Assembly (NCBI RefSeq): GCF_000008305.1
Contig: NC_006055.1
Coordinates: forward strand, 90,001-122,000
Source of the DNA: Mesoplasma florum L1
Lineage (GTDB): Bacteria > Bacillota_I > Bacilli_A > Mycoplasmatales > Mycoplasmataceae
Direction of reading: 5' to 3'
Length of the DNA: 32,000 nucleotides
Part shown: piece by piece, positions 1-10,697 of the stretch
Numbering within the stretch: position 1 is the stretch's first letter
How the letters are laid out: every line of letters starts with the position of its first letter
The notes under the pieces: generated by a model
Databases searched by the model: none
What the model was told of the DNA's origin: nothing
Seen by the model: the letters and a program-made list of their open reading frames with translations, nothing else
Program-made: the position numbers and the translations under genes

Positions 1-299
1 ATACTATTATTTTATTTAAGTCATTGGGATATAAAACAAGAGAAATAAATAAATATTTAGTTACAGGTTATTTAATTGCAGCTATTGGTGCGCTTATAGT
101 CGCATTAGTAATAAATAACTTTACAATTGGATATTTATCACCAATTATATATGAAACGGCTGGTATCTCACTAATATATGTTCTAAGTTTTTCATATGTA
201 CTATATGGTATTATTTTGTCATCAACGTTCATATTATTAATACTAACCTCTATCAAAATATATACAAAACGACAAAATCCAAAAGAAATAATTAAATAA
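1..299 (+). CDS. C-terminal fragment of an FtsX-like ABC transporter permease (truncated by window start)
   Basis: Open frame from the window edge to TAA at 297-299. Reads ...TIILFKSLGYKTREINKYLVTGYLIAAIGALIVALVI..., with an FtsX-type 'LGY..REI' segment followed by hydrophobic helices. Confidence 0.6.
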   Translation, partial: TIILFKSLGYKTREINKYLVTGYLIAAIGALIVALVINNFTIGYLSPIIYETAGISLIYVLSFSYVLYGIILSSTFILLILTSIKIYTKRQNPKEIIK

Positions 300-314
300 A
301 AAAGGAGATTGAAT

Positions 315-1661
315 ATGATTCAAATAAATGAAACTAAAAATACAATTAAAATAGTTGGAGTTAAAGATAACTCAAAAAATACTTTTATAAAAAATAAAGT
401 TGGAGTACCAACTTTAATATCTGAAGATAAAACAATTTATATTGTTTTCAAAAAAGACGAAGAAACTTTTACAGAACAAATTAAAAAAGGAATAGAAGCA
501 ACAATATCAAATTTTGATTTTGATGTAGATATTGACATTGATTCTTTTGAAAATGTTTGTGATGGAATTAGTAAAGAAGAAATTATTAAAACAGTTTATG
601 AAACAATATCTTTTTCAACACATAAAGGTTTATCAATTGAAAAAGTAGAAAAAGAAACAAAATATAATTTAATTTTTACTGGTAAACATCAGGAATTAAT
701 AAATCAATTAACTATTGTTTGTGAATATATCAATTATGCTAGAGATTTACAAGACACACCTCCAAATATTGGAACAAGTGAATACTATGCTGACAAACTT
801 GTAAGTGATGCAAAAGATATAAAAGGTTTAAAGGTTACTATTTTGGGTAGAAAAGAAGCAACTAAATTAAACATGGGCTTATTTTTAGGAGTTAATGCTG
901 GATCAGCTCATGAACCAAGAATTGTTGTGATGGAATATTGTGGAGATTCTTCAAAACCAAAAACAGGTTTAGTTGGAAAAGGAATTTGTTTTGACTCTGG
1001 GGGATATAATTTAAAACCATCAAATTATATGGAAGGTATGAAATTTGATATGTCTGGAGCAGCGGTTGTATTATCTGCAACTATGGCTTTAGCCAAAGCA
1101 AAAGCAAAAGCAAATATTGTTGCAGTAGGTATGTTCACTGATAATAAAATTGGACAGAATGCTACATTACCTGATTCTGTAATTGAATCAATGAGTGGTA
1201 AAAAAGTATTGATATTTGATACTGATGCAGAAGGTCGACTTGTTTTAGCCGATGGAATTAGTTATGTTGTTAAAGAAAAGCAAGTAGATCAAATAATTGA
1301 TGCTTCAACTTTAACAGGAACAGTTTTATTTGCTTTAGGTCATAATGCAACTGGAGCATTTTCTCATTCTGATAAAATGATAAATGAATTGAATGAAGCT
1401 TCACAAAAATCTGGTGAAAGATTTTGAAGATTACCAATTTTCAAAGAACATTTAAAACAAGTAAAAAAAGATGCTGCACCTTTAGCAGATTTAACTAATG
1501 CATGTAGAGTTAGATATGAAGATTGTTCATATGCAGCAGCCTTCTTGAATGAGTTTGCAGAAAATAAACCTTTCTTGCACTTAGATATAGCTGGTACAGC
1601 TGATAAAGAAAATAAAGGTCAAGGTGTTTTGGTTAAAACGTTATTTGAAATGTTGAAATAA
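315..1661 (+). CDS. Leucyl aminopeptidase, M17 family, paralog 1
   Basis: RBS AAAGGAGA, then ATG at 315. TGA at 1425-1427 read as Trp, stop TAA 1659-1661. Motifs GKGICFDSGGYNLKP, MKFDMSGAA and DTDAEGRLVLADG. Confidence 0.92.
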
Positions 1662-1680
1662 AGTGGAATTCCACTTTTTT
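1660..1680 (+). terminator. Intrinsic terminator after aminopeptidase 1
   Basis: AAAGTGGAA/TTCCACTTT perfect 18-nt palindrome followed by T-run. Confidence 0.65.
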
Positions 1681-1752
1681 CTTTTATTAAGTACTTATTG
1701 TTTTAGGTATTAAGTGCTATAATTTTTTTAAATAGAAAGATGGTATATATTT

Positions 1753-3096
1753 ATGATTACATTAAACAAAAAAAATCATGATATTAAATTAGTTGCTGTT
1801 GCTGACAACAAAGCTAATGAATTTATCAAAGACAGTGCGGGAGCAGTTACATTTATTTCAGAAGATAAAACAATTTATTTAGTTATTAAACAAAAAGGAT
1901 GTAGAGTTAAACAAATTAAAGCGGGATTAAAATCAGCTTTATCAACTTACACAAAAAATTTAAATATTGACTTAGACTCAATTATTAATCAATTAGGAGA
2001 AGAAAATAAAGATTTAGTTTTTAACACAGTTTATGAAACAATTTCATTCTTATCACATGATGTAGTTTCATTCAAAAAAGAATCAAAACCAAGCAAAATT
2101 GAATTCAATATTGAAACTAAAAATGACTTTTCTGAATTAGAAGCTGCTGCAGCTATTAAAACAGAATTTATTAATTATGCTAGAGATTTACAAGATACAC
2201 CTCCAAATATTGGAACAAGTGAATACTATGCTGAAAAAGTATCAAAAGATGCAGCAAACATTGAAGGATTAAAAGTTACTGTTCTTGGAAGAAAAGAAGC
2301 AGAAAAATTCGGAATGGGATTATTCTTAGGAGTTAATGCTGGATCAGCTCATGAACCAAGAATTGTTGTTATGGAATACTGTGGAGATTCTTCAAAACCA
2401 AAAACAGGTTTAGTTGGAAAAGGAATTTGTTTTGATTCTGGAGGGTACAACTTAAAACCTTCAGCTTCAATGTTAGGTATGAAATTTGATATGTCTGGAG
2501 CAGCTATTATGTTATCTGCTACTATGGCATTAGCTAAAGCAAAAGCAAAAGCAAATGTAGTCGCTGTAGCAATGTTCACTGATAATAAAATTGGACAAAA
2601 TGCAACTTTACCTGAATCAGTTTTAACATCAATGAATGGTTTAACTGTAGAAATCAATAATACTGATGCTGAAGGAAGATTAGTTTTAGCGGATGGTATG
2701 ACATATGCTATTAGAGAAAAAGGCGTAGAACAAATTATTGAGGCTTCAACTTTAACTGGAGCATTAGTAGTTGCTTTAGGAAGTTCAGCTATTGGTGTAT
2801 TTACTCATCAAGACGAATTATGAAATACTTTTGAAAAAGCTTCATTAAAAACTAGAGAAAGAATGTGAAGATTACCAATCTTTGAAGAGCATTTAGAAAG
2901 AGTTAAATCTGGAGCAGTTTTAGGTGACTTATCAAATGCTGTTAAAGGATATGAAGGAAGTTCAACTGCAGCAGCATTCTTAAATGAATTTGCTGAAGAA
3001 AAACCATTTATTCACTTTGATATTGCTGGAACAGCAGATATTGATGGACGTGGACAAGGTGTTTTAGTTAAAACATTATTTGAAGTTCTAAAATAA
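1753..3096 (+). CDS. Leucyl aminopeptidase, M17 family, paralog 2
   Basis: ATG 1753, TGA read as Trp, TAA 3094-3096. Motifs GKGICFDSGG, FDMSGAA, NNTDAEGRLVLADG, SSTAAAFL and HFDIAGTAD. Confidence 0.93.
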
Positions 3097-3103
3097 TAAA
3101 ATT

Positions 3104-3132
3104 AATCATAAGTATTCACTTATGATTTTTTT
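3104..3132 (+). terminator. Intrinsic terminator after aminopeptidase 2
   Basis: AATCATAAG-TATTCA-CTTATGATT followed by T-run. Confidence 0.7.
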
Positions 3133-3150
3133 AAATAGAAAAGAGATTAT

Positions 3151-4500
3151 ATGATAACAATAAATACAAATAAATTAGAATATAAATTAATTGCTGTGCC
3201 CAACAATGAAACAAATATTAATATTCTTGATAAACCAAGTTGTGTAACCTTTATTAGTGAAAGTAAAACCTTCTATCTTGTTATTAAAAAAGATTCAATG
3301 TCATATTTAAGACAATTAAAATTAGGTTTAGCAAGTTTTATTCAAATGTGTAAAGGTGATACTAATATTGATTTTAATAGTTTTGTTAAAGTTATACCAA
3401 ACGTAAATAAAGAAATAATATTTAATGTAATTTGTGATGTTATTTTGTTTGAAACACACAAATTTATAACATATAAAAAAGATGTAAAGACAAATGACTA
3501 TTTGTTTAATATAGATCAGTCTGAAGATTTTTCTGACCTATTAGATGAGAATATTTTAAAAAATAAATATGTTAATTATGCTAGAGATTTACAAGATTTT
3601 CCACCAAATATTGGAACTAGTGATTTCTATGGTGAAAAGCTTCTAAAAGATTCTTCAAAAATTGAGGGTTTAAAAGTTAGTGTATTAAAAAATAAAGAGT
3701 TAAAAGAATTAGATATGAATTTAGTCTTAGCAGTAAACCAAGGTTCAAATCATGATGCAAATGTTGTAGTTATGGAATTTAACAATAATCCTGGTGGCAA
3801 AAAAATAGCCCTTGTAGGTAAAGGGATTTGCTTTGATACTGGAGGTTATGATTTGAAACCATCAGCTTTTATTGAAGGAATGAAATTTGATATGACTGGT
3901 GCGGCAATAGTTATGTCAATTGCAATGGCATTGGCAGAGGCAAAAGCTAAAATTAATTTGGTTGCTGTAGGATTATTTACAGATAATAAAATTGGACAAA
4001 AAGCAGTACTACCAGAATCAATAATAAAATCTAAAAATGGTTTAACTGTTGAAATTAGCAATACTGATGCTGAAGGAAGATTGGTTCTAGCAGATGGTAT
4101 AACATATGCTATTAGAGAAAAAAATGCAGATGTTATTTATGACATTGCAACTTTAACTGGTGCTACTGCAATGGCACTTGGAGAATCTGCTTCAGGAGTT
4201 TTTACAGAATTTGATGAAATGTGAAAAAAATTAAATGAAGCATCAAACTATACAACAGAAAGATTTTGAAGATTACCAATTTTTGCTGAACATAAAGAAC
4301 AAGTTAAGAATGATTCAGTTTTAGCCGATCTAACTAATTCATGCAAAAAAGGGCCAGGAGGTTCAACTGCAGCAGCATTTTTAACTTTCTTTGCAGAAGA
4401 TAAAGAGTTTCTTCACATTGATTGTTCAAGAGTTGTAAGAGTAGGATTAAAGGGACAAGGTTATATTGTTAAAACAATGTTTGAATTACTTAAAAAATAA
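3151..4500 (+). CDS. Leucyl aminopeptidase, M17 family, paralog 3 (divergent)
   Basis: ATG 3151, TGA read as Trp, TAA 4498-4500. Motifs GKGICFDTGGYDLKP, FDMTGAA and SNTDAEGRLVLADG. The C-terminal AGTAD region is altered. Confidence 0.9.
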
Positions 4501-4550
4501 TTAATGCATTTTTAATATATAATATGAATTAAGAAAATAGAGGAACAAAT

Positions 4551-5225
4551 ATGAAAATTAATACATGAACATTTTATGACGCTAAAGATTTAGTTGATGT
4601 ACAAATGAATCCATTACTAAGTGGAGATATCGTATTCTTAGTTTTAAGACCTGATATTAATCAACCTAATAGATTACTAGGTTTTGGTTTACCAAAAGAT
4701 AAATCTGGAACTGTTATTGTTGATCTACAAAATAAAGAGTTATCGCATGATGATATTTATGCAATTTTTAAGGGAAACTTAGGAATTACTCAATCTACAA
4801 ATTTGAAAGAAATCGAAATAAGTGGAACTAACCTATCATCTGCAATCAGATTAGAAAATATTCAAAAAATTATAGAAGTTTACAATGTTTTCTTTAAAAC
4901 AGAATCTGTTCAATTTGACACAAATGATTATTCAACTGAAGAAGATTTGGGAAGACCTGATATTTTTACAGAATTAGATTTTAATAAAATTGCTCTTCCA
5001 AACATTTTACAAAGTCTACAAGCTGGAATGACTGAATATAATAAACAAATGGAATTTTTACAATCAACTGAAATGCCAGATGATGAAAGAAAAGATAGAA
5101 TTGTATCTTTATCAATTCTTCAATCTAATTTAATTTTATTTTTTGACAATGCATTAAGAAAATTAAACAATGTAGTTGTTGAACAACAAGAAGAAATAAA
5201 TAAATTAAAGAATAACAAAAACTAA
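4551..5225 (+). CDS. Hypothetical protein with acidic/coiled C-terminus
   Basis: RBS AGAGGAAC, ATG 4551 (MKINTWTFYDAKDLVDVQMNPLLSGD...), one TGA read as Trp, TAA 5223-5225. No family recognised. Confidence 0.75.
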
Positions 5226-5303
5226 TCTGATTTAAGATAACTATTTTAATTAACAATATTTTTATATATAATAAAAAAGTAATTTAAAGATAAAGGAGTT
5301 ATC

Positions 5304-5375
5304 ATGAAGGTTTTAATTCATTTAAATAAACTAAATAAAACTTTGTCAAAAATAACTCAAGTAATACAAAAATAA
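5304..5375 (+). CDS. Candidate 23-aa leader peptide upstream of purA
   Basis: TAAAGGAG RBS, then ATG 5304: MKVLIHLNKLNKTLSKITQVIQK*. Its stop codon lies inside the 5' arm of a terminator hairpin. Confidence 0.45.
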   Translation: MKVLIHLNKLNKTLSKITQVIQK

Positions 5376-5412
5376 CCTCAAAATGCCTAAAAAGCATCGA
5401 GGTTATTTTTTA
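5372..5412 (+). terminator. Intrinsic terminator / candidate attenuator before purA
   Basis: ATAACCTC (5372-5379) pairs with GAGGTTAT (5399-5406), with an inner ATGC/GCAT pairing, followed by T-rich tract. Confidence 0.75.
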
Positions 5413-5429
5413 TTTAGAAAAGGATTTTT

Positions 5430-6719
5430 ATGAGAGAGATAAATTCATTAGTAGTAGTTGGTAGTCAATGAGGAGATGAAGGTAAAGGTAAAATGACAGA
5501 TTACTTTGCTCAAAAAGCAGACGTAGTTGTTAGATTTGCTGGTGGTGATAATGCTGGTCATGTTATAAACTTTAATGGCCAAAAACATAAAGTAACGATT
5601 ATTCCTTCAGGTATTTTTAATAGCGAAGTAACAAGTGTAATTGGTAATGGTTGTGCTGTAAACTTAATAAACTTAGTAAAAGAACTTGAAACAATTAAAA
5701 ACAGTGGAGTTAAGTTAGGTAAACTTTTAATTTCTGATAGAGCTCAATTAATATTGCCATATCACATATTAATAGATGGTGCTCAAGAAGAATCAAGAGG
5801 AGCAAGAAAAATTGGTACAACAAAAAGAGGTATTGGACCAACTTATCAAGATAAAGCTGCAAGATTAGGAATTAGAGTTGCTGATATTGAAGAAGAAGAT
5901 TTTAAAGAAACATTTAAAGAAATTTTTGAATATCAAATGATGTTCTTGGACAGAATGTTTAATGTTGAAAGCATTGACTTTGAAGAAACTTATGCTAATT
6001 TAATAAATGCATATAACGTAATTAAAGATTGTGTTACAGATACAGGTATTTTTGTTGAGCAAGCTATTAAAAATGGTAAAAAAGTTTTATTTGAAGGAGC
6101 ACAAGGAGCTTTATTAGATATTGATCATGGAACTTATCCATACGTAACTAGCTCAAATACTTCAGCAAACAATGCATCAACAGGTACAGGTATTTCTCAT
6201 AAATTAATTAATAATACTTTAGGTGTTGTAAAAGCTTATTCAACAAGAGTTGGAGCAGGAGCTTTTCCTACTGAATTACTAAATGAAGTTGGTGATGGTA
6301 TAAGAGAGCGTGGACATGAGTATGGATCAAATACTAAAAGACCAAGACGTGTTGGATGATTAGATTTAGTTGCATTAAAACATGCAATTAGAACTTCAGG
6401 AATTGATTACTTATTTATAACTCTCTTAGATGTATTATCAGGAGTTGAAGAATTACTTATTTGTGATAAATATATTTTAAATGGAGAAGAAATAAATTAT
6501 ATTCCAGCAACAAGTTCTAAACATGAAAAGTGTAAAGCAAATTATATTTCAATGCCAGGTTGAAAAGAAGATATAACAAAAGTTAAGCATTTCGAAGAAT
6601 TACCATTAAATGCAAAAAACTATTTAAATAAAATTGCCGAAATTTGTGAAGTTGAAATATCTGGATTTTCAGTAGGTCCTGATAGATTACAAACTGTTAT
6701 AACTAAAGAAATAATGTAG
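5430..6719 (+). CDS. purA: Adenylosuccinate synthetase
   Basis: ATG 5430. N-terminus [61 protein letters not shown]. Stop TAG 6717-6719; several TGA as Trp. Confidence 0.97.
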
Positions 6720-6736
6720 AAAATTTAAGGTAAAAT

Positions 6737-8035
6737 ATGATAAAAAGATATTCTGTAAATAAGATAGAAAAGATTTGAGACGAAAACAATAAATTAAATG
6801 TTTGACTTGATGTAGAGAAAAAAGTAACTTTTGCATGAATGAAATTAAATGTTATTTCAAAAGAAGAATATTTGCTAATTGATAAAAATGCAAAAATAAA
6901 CATTGGTAGAATGCTAGAAATAGAAAATGAAACACGTCATGATGTTGTTGCGTTTACTAGAGCTATTTCTGAAACACTAGGTAATGAAAAAAAATGAATT
7001 CATCTTGGTCTGACTTCAACTGATGTTGTTGATACAGCACAAAACAAATTAATACAAGAATCTAATGAAGTTGTTTTAGAGTCATTAATAAACTTAAAAA
7101 ATACATTAAAAGAGAAAGCATTAATCTATAAAAAAACTTTAACAATGGGAAGATCTCATGGTATTTATGGTGAACCAACTTCTTTAGGACTTAAATTTTT
7201 ATTATGATTTGATGAAATAGACAGACAAATTGAAAGATTTTCATTAGCCAGAAAACAAATTGAAGTAGCGAAAATATCTGGCTCAATGGGAAACTACGCT
7301 AATTTAGAATTTGAAATAGAAGAAATTGTTGCAGAACAAATGGGTTTAGGGATTGATAATATATCAACTCAAGTAACTCAACGTGATAGACATGCATTTT
7401 TGATAAGTGTATTTGCCAACATTGCATCTACTCTTGAAAAAATTGCTACTGAAATAAGATTATTTCAAAGAAGTGAAGTTAAAGAATGGCATGAAGGTTT
7501 TAAAGCAAATCAAAAAGGATCAAGCTCAATGCCTCATAAAAAAAATCCAATAAGTTCTGAAAATATAACTGGTCTTTCAAGATACTTAAGATCATTTACT
7601 AATACAGCTTTTGAAAATAATGTGTTATGACATGAAAGAGATATTTCACATAGTTCTAATGAAAGAATTATTTTTAGTGATGTATTCAATGTTTTAGTTT
7701 ACACATTAGATAGATTAAAAAATACATTAGACGATTTAGTAATAGATGAAAATAAAATGTTAGAACACATTAATTCTCAGTTTAATGTTTTTTACAGTCA
7801 ACCAATATTAAATTACCTTCTTATTAATTGCGATAAATCAAGAGAAGAAATATATGATTTTATTCAGAAATGTACTTTTGAAACAATGAATAATAAAGTA
7901 GACTTTAAACAATCTTTAATTAATAACGGTATAGAAAAATATATTGATAATATAGAAGTATTAAATAAACTTTTTAATATTGATTACTTCATAAGAAATG
8001 TTGAGAAGATATATAACAGAACATTAAATAAATAA
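6737..8035 (+). CDS. purB: Adenylosuccinate lyase
   Basis: ATG 6737. Motifs HLGLTSTDVVDTA, GSSSMPHKKNPISSENI and HDRDISHSSNERI-like segment. TGA read as Trp, TAA 8033-8035. Confidence 0.96.
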
Positions 8036-8069
8036 TTTGATATTATAAAAAAAAGGGGAAAAATTAAAA

Positions 8070-9113
8070 ATGCTTTCAAAAAAAGAAAATGTACATATAT
8101 TTGGTTTAACTCAAGGGGTTGAACTAGCACAAGAAATTTGTGATATTTTAGGGGTAAAAAGAAAAGAAGTTAAAACTTTAAAATTTGCTGATGGTGAAAT
8201 ATTAATAGAATCTTTAGACTCAGTTAGAGGTAAAGAAATCTTTGTAATACAATCAACATCAACACCAGTAAATGAAAGTATAATGGAATTATTAATTGCT
8301 ATTGATGCTTTCAAAAGAGGAAGCGCTGAAAAAATTAATGTAGTTATTCCTTACTATGGTTATGCAAGACAAGATAGAAAAGCCAAAGGAAGACAACCAA
8401 TTACATCAAAATTAGTTGCTGACTTATTAACTAAAGCAGGTGCTGACAGAGTTATGTCAATTGATATTCACTCTCCACAATCAATGGGATTCTTTGATGT
8501 TCCAATGGATAATTTCTATACAGCTCAAACATTAGCAACTGAAATTATAGATACAATTGAATTAAATAATTGAGACCCTTCTAATTGTATTTTAGTTTCT
8601 CCAGATTATGGTGGAATGACAAGGGTTCATAAAGTTGAATCTTACACAGGTGGTGTAACTAATGGAATTGCAGTTATTGGTAAAAGAAGGCCAGAACCTA
8701 ATAAAGCTGAAGTTGAATTTGTTCTAGGTGATATAAAAGACAAACATTGTTTCATCATTGATGACATGATAGACACAGGCGGGACAATAATTAACGCAGC
8801 AAAAGCATTAAAAGAACAAGGCGCTAAAGATGTACATATTTTTGCTTGTCATGGTTTATTTAATGGGCCTGCAAAAGAAAGAATGGAAGCAGCAATTAAA
8901 GAAAAAATAGTTGAAGAAGTTGTAGTTACTAATACAATTCAAATAGCTGATGAAAAAAAATTCAATGGATTAAAAATTATTTCAGTGGCTCCTCTATTAG
9001 CAGAAATGATTGATTCATCAATCAGCCATGAATCTTTAACTGAAGTTTATAATAATAAAAAACAAATAATTTGAGATAGAGCTCAATGTATTGTTAATAA
9101 ATTTAAAAAATAA
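8070..9113 (+). CDS. prs: Ribose-phosphate pyrophosphokinase
   Basis: ATG 8070. Motifs VFGLTQGVELAQEICD, VIPYYGYARQDRK and IDDMIDTGGTI. TGA read as Trp, TAA 9111-9113. Confidence 0.96.
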
Positions 9114-9129
9114 TTAAGAGGAATATAAA

Positions 9130-9690
9130 ATGAAATTAATAGTAGGATTAGGAAATTATGGTTCTCAATATGAAGCTACAAGACATAATGCTGGTTGAAT
9201 AGCATTAGATCAGCTTATTGAAAAATATGGTTTTACGCAACAAAAAAATGAGCATAACTCAATAATTTTCTTTTCAACTGTTAATAATGAAAAAGTATTA
9301 TTCGTAAAACCCCAAACTTATATGAACAATTCAGGAATTGCAATTCAAGCAATCATGCATTACTATAAAATTGAAATTAAAGATTTAGTTATTTTGCATG
9401 ATGAAAAAGATTTTCCTGTTGGGAAAAATCAATTTAAAATGAATGGTTCTGCAGCAGGCCATAATGGAATAAAATCAGTAATTCAATATTTGGGAACTCA
9501 AAATTTTAATAGATACAGAATTGGAATTGGTCAACCTGAACAGGGCTGAAAAATAATAGACTGAGTTTTATCAAAATTCAAACCTGAGGAATTGGAAAAC
9601 ATTATTTTAGCCTCAAAAAGTATTTCAAACTTTGTCAATGATTGAACAAAAGGTACAACTTTTCAAAACATAATGAATTTATACAACTAA
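9130..9690 (+). CDS. pth: Peptidyl-tRNA hydrolase
   Basis: ATG 9130: [23 protein letters not shown]. Motifs FVKPQTYMNNSG, HDEKDFPVGK and AAGHNGIKSV. TAA 9688-9690. Confidence 0.95.
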
Positions 9691-9705
9691 AAGTTGTATT
9701 TTTTT
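9681..9705 (+). terminator. Terminator overlapping the pth stop codon and convergent gene end
   Basis: ATACAACT-AAA-AGTTGTAT followed by T7. Confidence 0.75.
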
Positions 9706-10447
9706 ATTTTTCAAAAACAAAAGTAAGAGTTTTTAAATTCAAGTTTTTAATGTTGTTGTAATTTTTAATGGTTTTTATGTTTTTAAATTCTAATTTTTCT
9801 AGGATTGATTTAAATTCCTCTACTCCATATCATCATAATGAAAAAGGCTGAATTTCTATTTCAGAATTATTTAAGTATTCAAGCTCAGTATAAGTTTTTT
9901 GTAGTAGTCAATCTATCGAGATTGACTTGTTTTTGATTTTTACAGTGTCATTATTATCAAGTATGAAGTCATATTCGTGTATATTCCCTGGTTTAAAAGA
10001 AGTTGGAAATATTAGATCTAAATATATTTTTCCATTTTCTGTTAAGTGCCTTTTGAAATTGCTTAAAACAGAATATATATCGTTTCTATTTAGTAAACAA
10101 AAACTTCCATTTGGCATAATTATTGTTTCAAATTTTAAATCTGTTTCAAAATTTATTAAGTCTCCTAAGATTAATTGAGATTCCATATTGTATTTCTTTA
10201 GATTTTCTTCATAAATAGCTAACATTTCTTTAGAGTTATCTAATCCAAAAATAGAAATACCCTTTCTTAAGAGCGGTATTGCCATTCTTCCATTTCCAAC
10301 TCCAGCTTCAAGAACTAATCCATCTCTCTTAATTAATTCATTAGTATAAAATTCTATGTCTCCATCAATTGAAGTACCGGGAGGTTTTGATTGGTTGTAA
10401 ACTAAGGAAGAAAGATTTCCATAATAATTTTCTTTGTTACTTTTCAT
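9704..10447 (-). CDS. Class I SAM-dependent methyltransferase
   Basis: Minus-strand frame with TGA as Trp, from MKSNKENYYG (ATG at 10447) to TAA at 9704-9706. SAM motif VLEAGVGNGRMAIPLL; also MPNGSFCLL and IYLDLIF. Confidence 0.8.
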
Positions 10448-10697
10448 ACTTCTTATTATATATTGGAAAAATAAAAATTTATATTGCCTTTTCAACCATT
10501 CCTTAATTTGAAATAAAAATATATGACACAGGTTTCCCAAAAAAAGATTATAATTTAAAAAAGAATAAATCCATTTTAATTTAATTGTCGAATTATTATA
10601 CTTAGATTGATAGTTATAATACTTCATTTTGTATTAAATAAAAAGACAATAAAATGAAAAATAAGTATAAAAATTTAACAAATAAGAAGGAAAGAAA

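Noticed and set aside
892-4061. Minus-strand ORFs opposite the aminopeptidase genes (892-1080, 2349-2657, 3846-4061)
   Set aside because: They recur at homologous positions only because the sense strand is conserved; no start context or independent coding signal.
9681-9706. Hairpin at the end of pth considered as a regulatory element
   Set aside because: Geometry (8-bp stem, 3-nt loop, T7) between convergent genes fits an ordinary shared terminator.
10452-10627. N-terminal part of the track's 239-aa minus-strand methyltransferase ORF
   Set aside because: The upstream residues are low-complexity and unlike a methyltransferase N-terminus; the better start is the ATG at 10447 (MKSNKENYYG).
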